DNA of 62,820 bases, filler included, from Chiloscyllium plagiosum (lineage: Eukaryota), in NCBI RefSeq assembly GCF_004010195.1. It is 3 parts of one record of this genome, joined end to end, with 100 filler letters (N's around TTAATTAATTAA, not from the genome) between each part and the next. Parts side by side here need not be neighbours in the genome. Positions count along the whole stretch, not along the records: positions 56,492 to 62,820 come from NC_057710.1; 2 more parts are not named here. The stretch is one strand, 5' to 3'. Each line of letters starts with the position of its first letter. The first letter of the stretch is position 1. Positions 61,891-62,820 of the stretch are shown here, piece after piece. The notes beneath the pieces were generated by a model that did no database searches, was not told where the DNA came from, and saw only the letters and a program-made list of their open reading frames with translations. A program made the translations under genes and the position numbers.

Positions 61891-62820
61891 GAACATAGAA
61901 CATAGAACATTACAGCACAGTACAGGCCCTTTGGCCTTCGATGTTGGGCCGACCTGTCATACCAATCTAAAGCCCATCTAATCTACGCCATTCCATGTAC
62001 GTCCATATGCTTGTCCAATGACGACTTAAATGTACAAAAAGTTGGCAATTCTACTACCATTGCAGGCAAAGCATTCCATACCCTTACTACTCTCTGAGTA
62101 AAGAAACTACCTCTGATATCTGTCCTATATCTATCACCCCTCAATTTAAAGCTATGCCCCCTCGTGCTTGCCGTCACCATTTTTGGAAAAAGGCTCTCTC
62201 TGTCCACCCTATCTAACCCTCTGATTATCTTGTATGTCTCTATTAAGTCACCTCTCAACCTTCTTCTCTCCAACGAAAACAGCTTCAAGTCCCTCAGCCT
62301 TTCCTCGTAAGACCTTCCCTCCATACCAGGCAACATCCTAGTAAATCTCCTCTGCACCCTTACCAAAGCTTCCACATCCTTCGAATAATGCGGTGACCAG
62401 AACTGTAGATAATACTCCAAGTGCGGCCTCACTAGAGTTTTGTACAGCTGTAGCATAATCTCATGGTTCCGGAACCTGATCCCTCTATCAATAGAAGCTA
62501 AAACACTGTATGCCTTCTTAACAACCCTGTCAACCTGGGTGGCAACTTTCAAGGATCTGTGTACCTGGACACCGAGATCTCTCTGCTCATCTACACTACC
62601 AAGAATCTTACCATTAGCCCAGTACTCCGGTTACTCCGACCAAAGTGAATCACCTCACACTTGTCCGCATTAAACTCCATTTGCCACCTCTCAGCCCAGC
62701 TCTGCAGCTTACCTATGTCTCTCTGTAACCTACAACATCCTTCGTCACTATCCACAACCGCACCGACCTTAGGGTCGTCTGCAAATTTACTAACCCACCC
62801 TTCTACGTCCTCATCCAGGT
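61891..62820 (-). mobile_element. CR1 ORF2 3' fragment, continues past window end
   Basis: 189-aa ORF RPHLEYYLQFWSP..QRRFTRMLPG..GSFFTQRVVRVWNALP; (ttctatg)n tail. Confidence 0.95.

Overview
Eukaryotic, repeat-dominated DNA, almost certainly from an elasmobranch (shark/ray): about ten HE1-type V-SINEs and dense CR1 LINE fragments. I recognise no intact host protein-coding gene. Most of the window is nested mobile DNA: CR1 ORF2 (RT/endonuclease) and ORF1 (SGNH esterase) pieces, a 5'-intact L1-like element, Gypsy gag/integrase/LTR remnants, a Rex1/Babar tail, DeuSINE-like and other tRNA-SINEs, a Harbinger Myb/SANT gene relic with its intron, and a probable KDZ (Kyakuja-Dileera-Zisupton/HMGXB3-like) transposase fossil. 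The most striking signal is at least four sequence families of Penelope-like element (PLE) terminal repeats. Each carries a minimal hammerhead-ribozyme motif (CUGANGA-N-stemII-GAA-palindromic 4-mer-H) whose helices differ in sequence but still pair. Many occur as short (about 95-350 bp) non-coding insertions, mostly fold-backs, flanked by 9-16 bp target-site duplications. Two N-gaps contain an artificial TTAATTAATTAA spacer, so contiguity across them is not guaranteed. All family calls come from motif recognition by eye, not database searches, and repeat boundaries are approximate.
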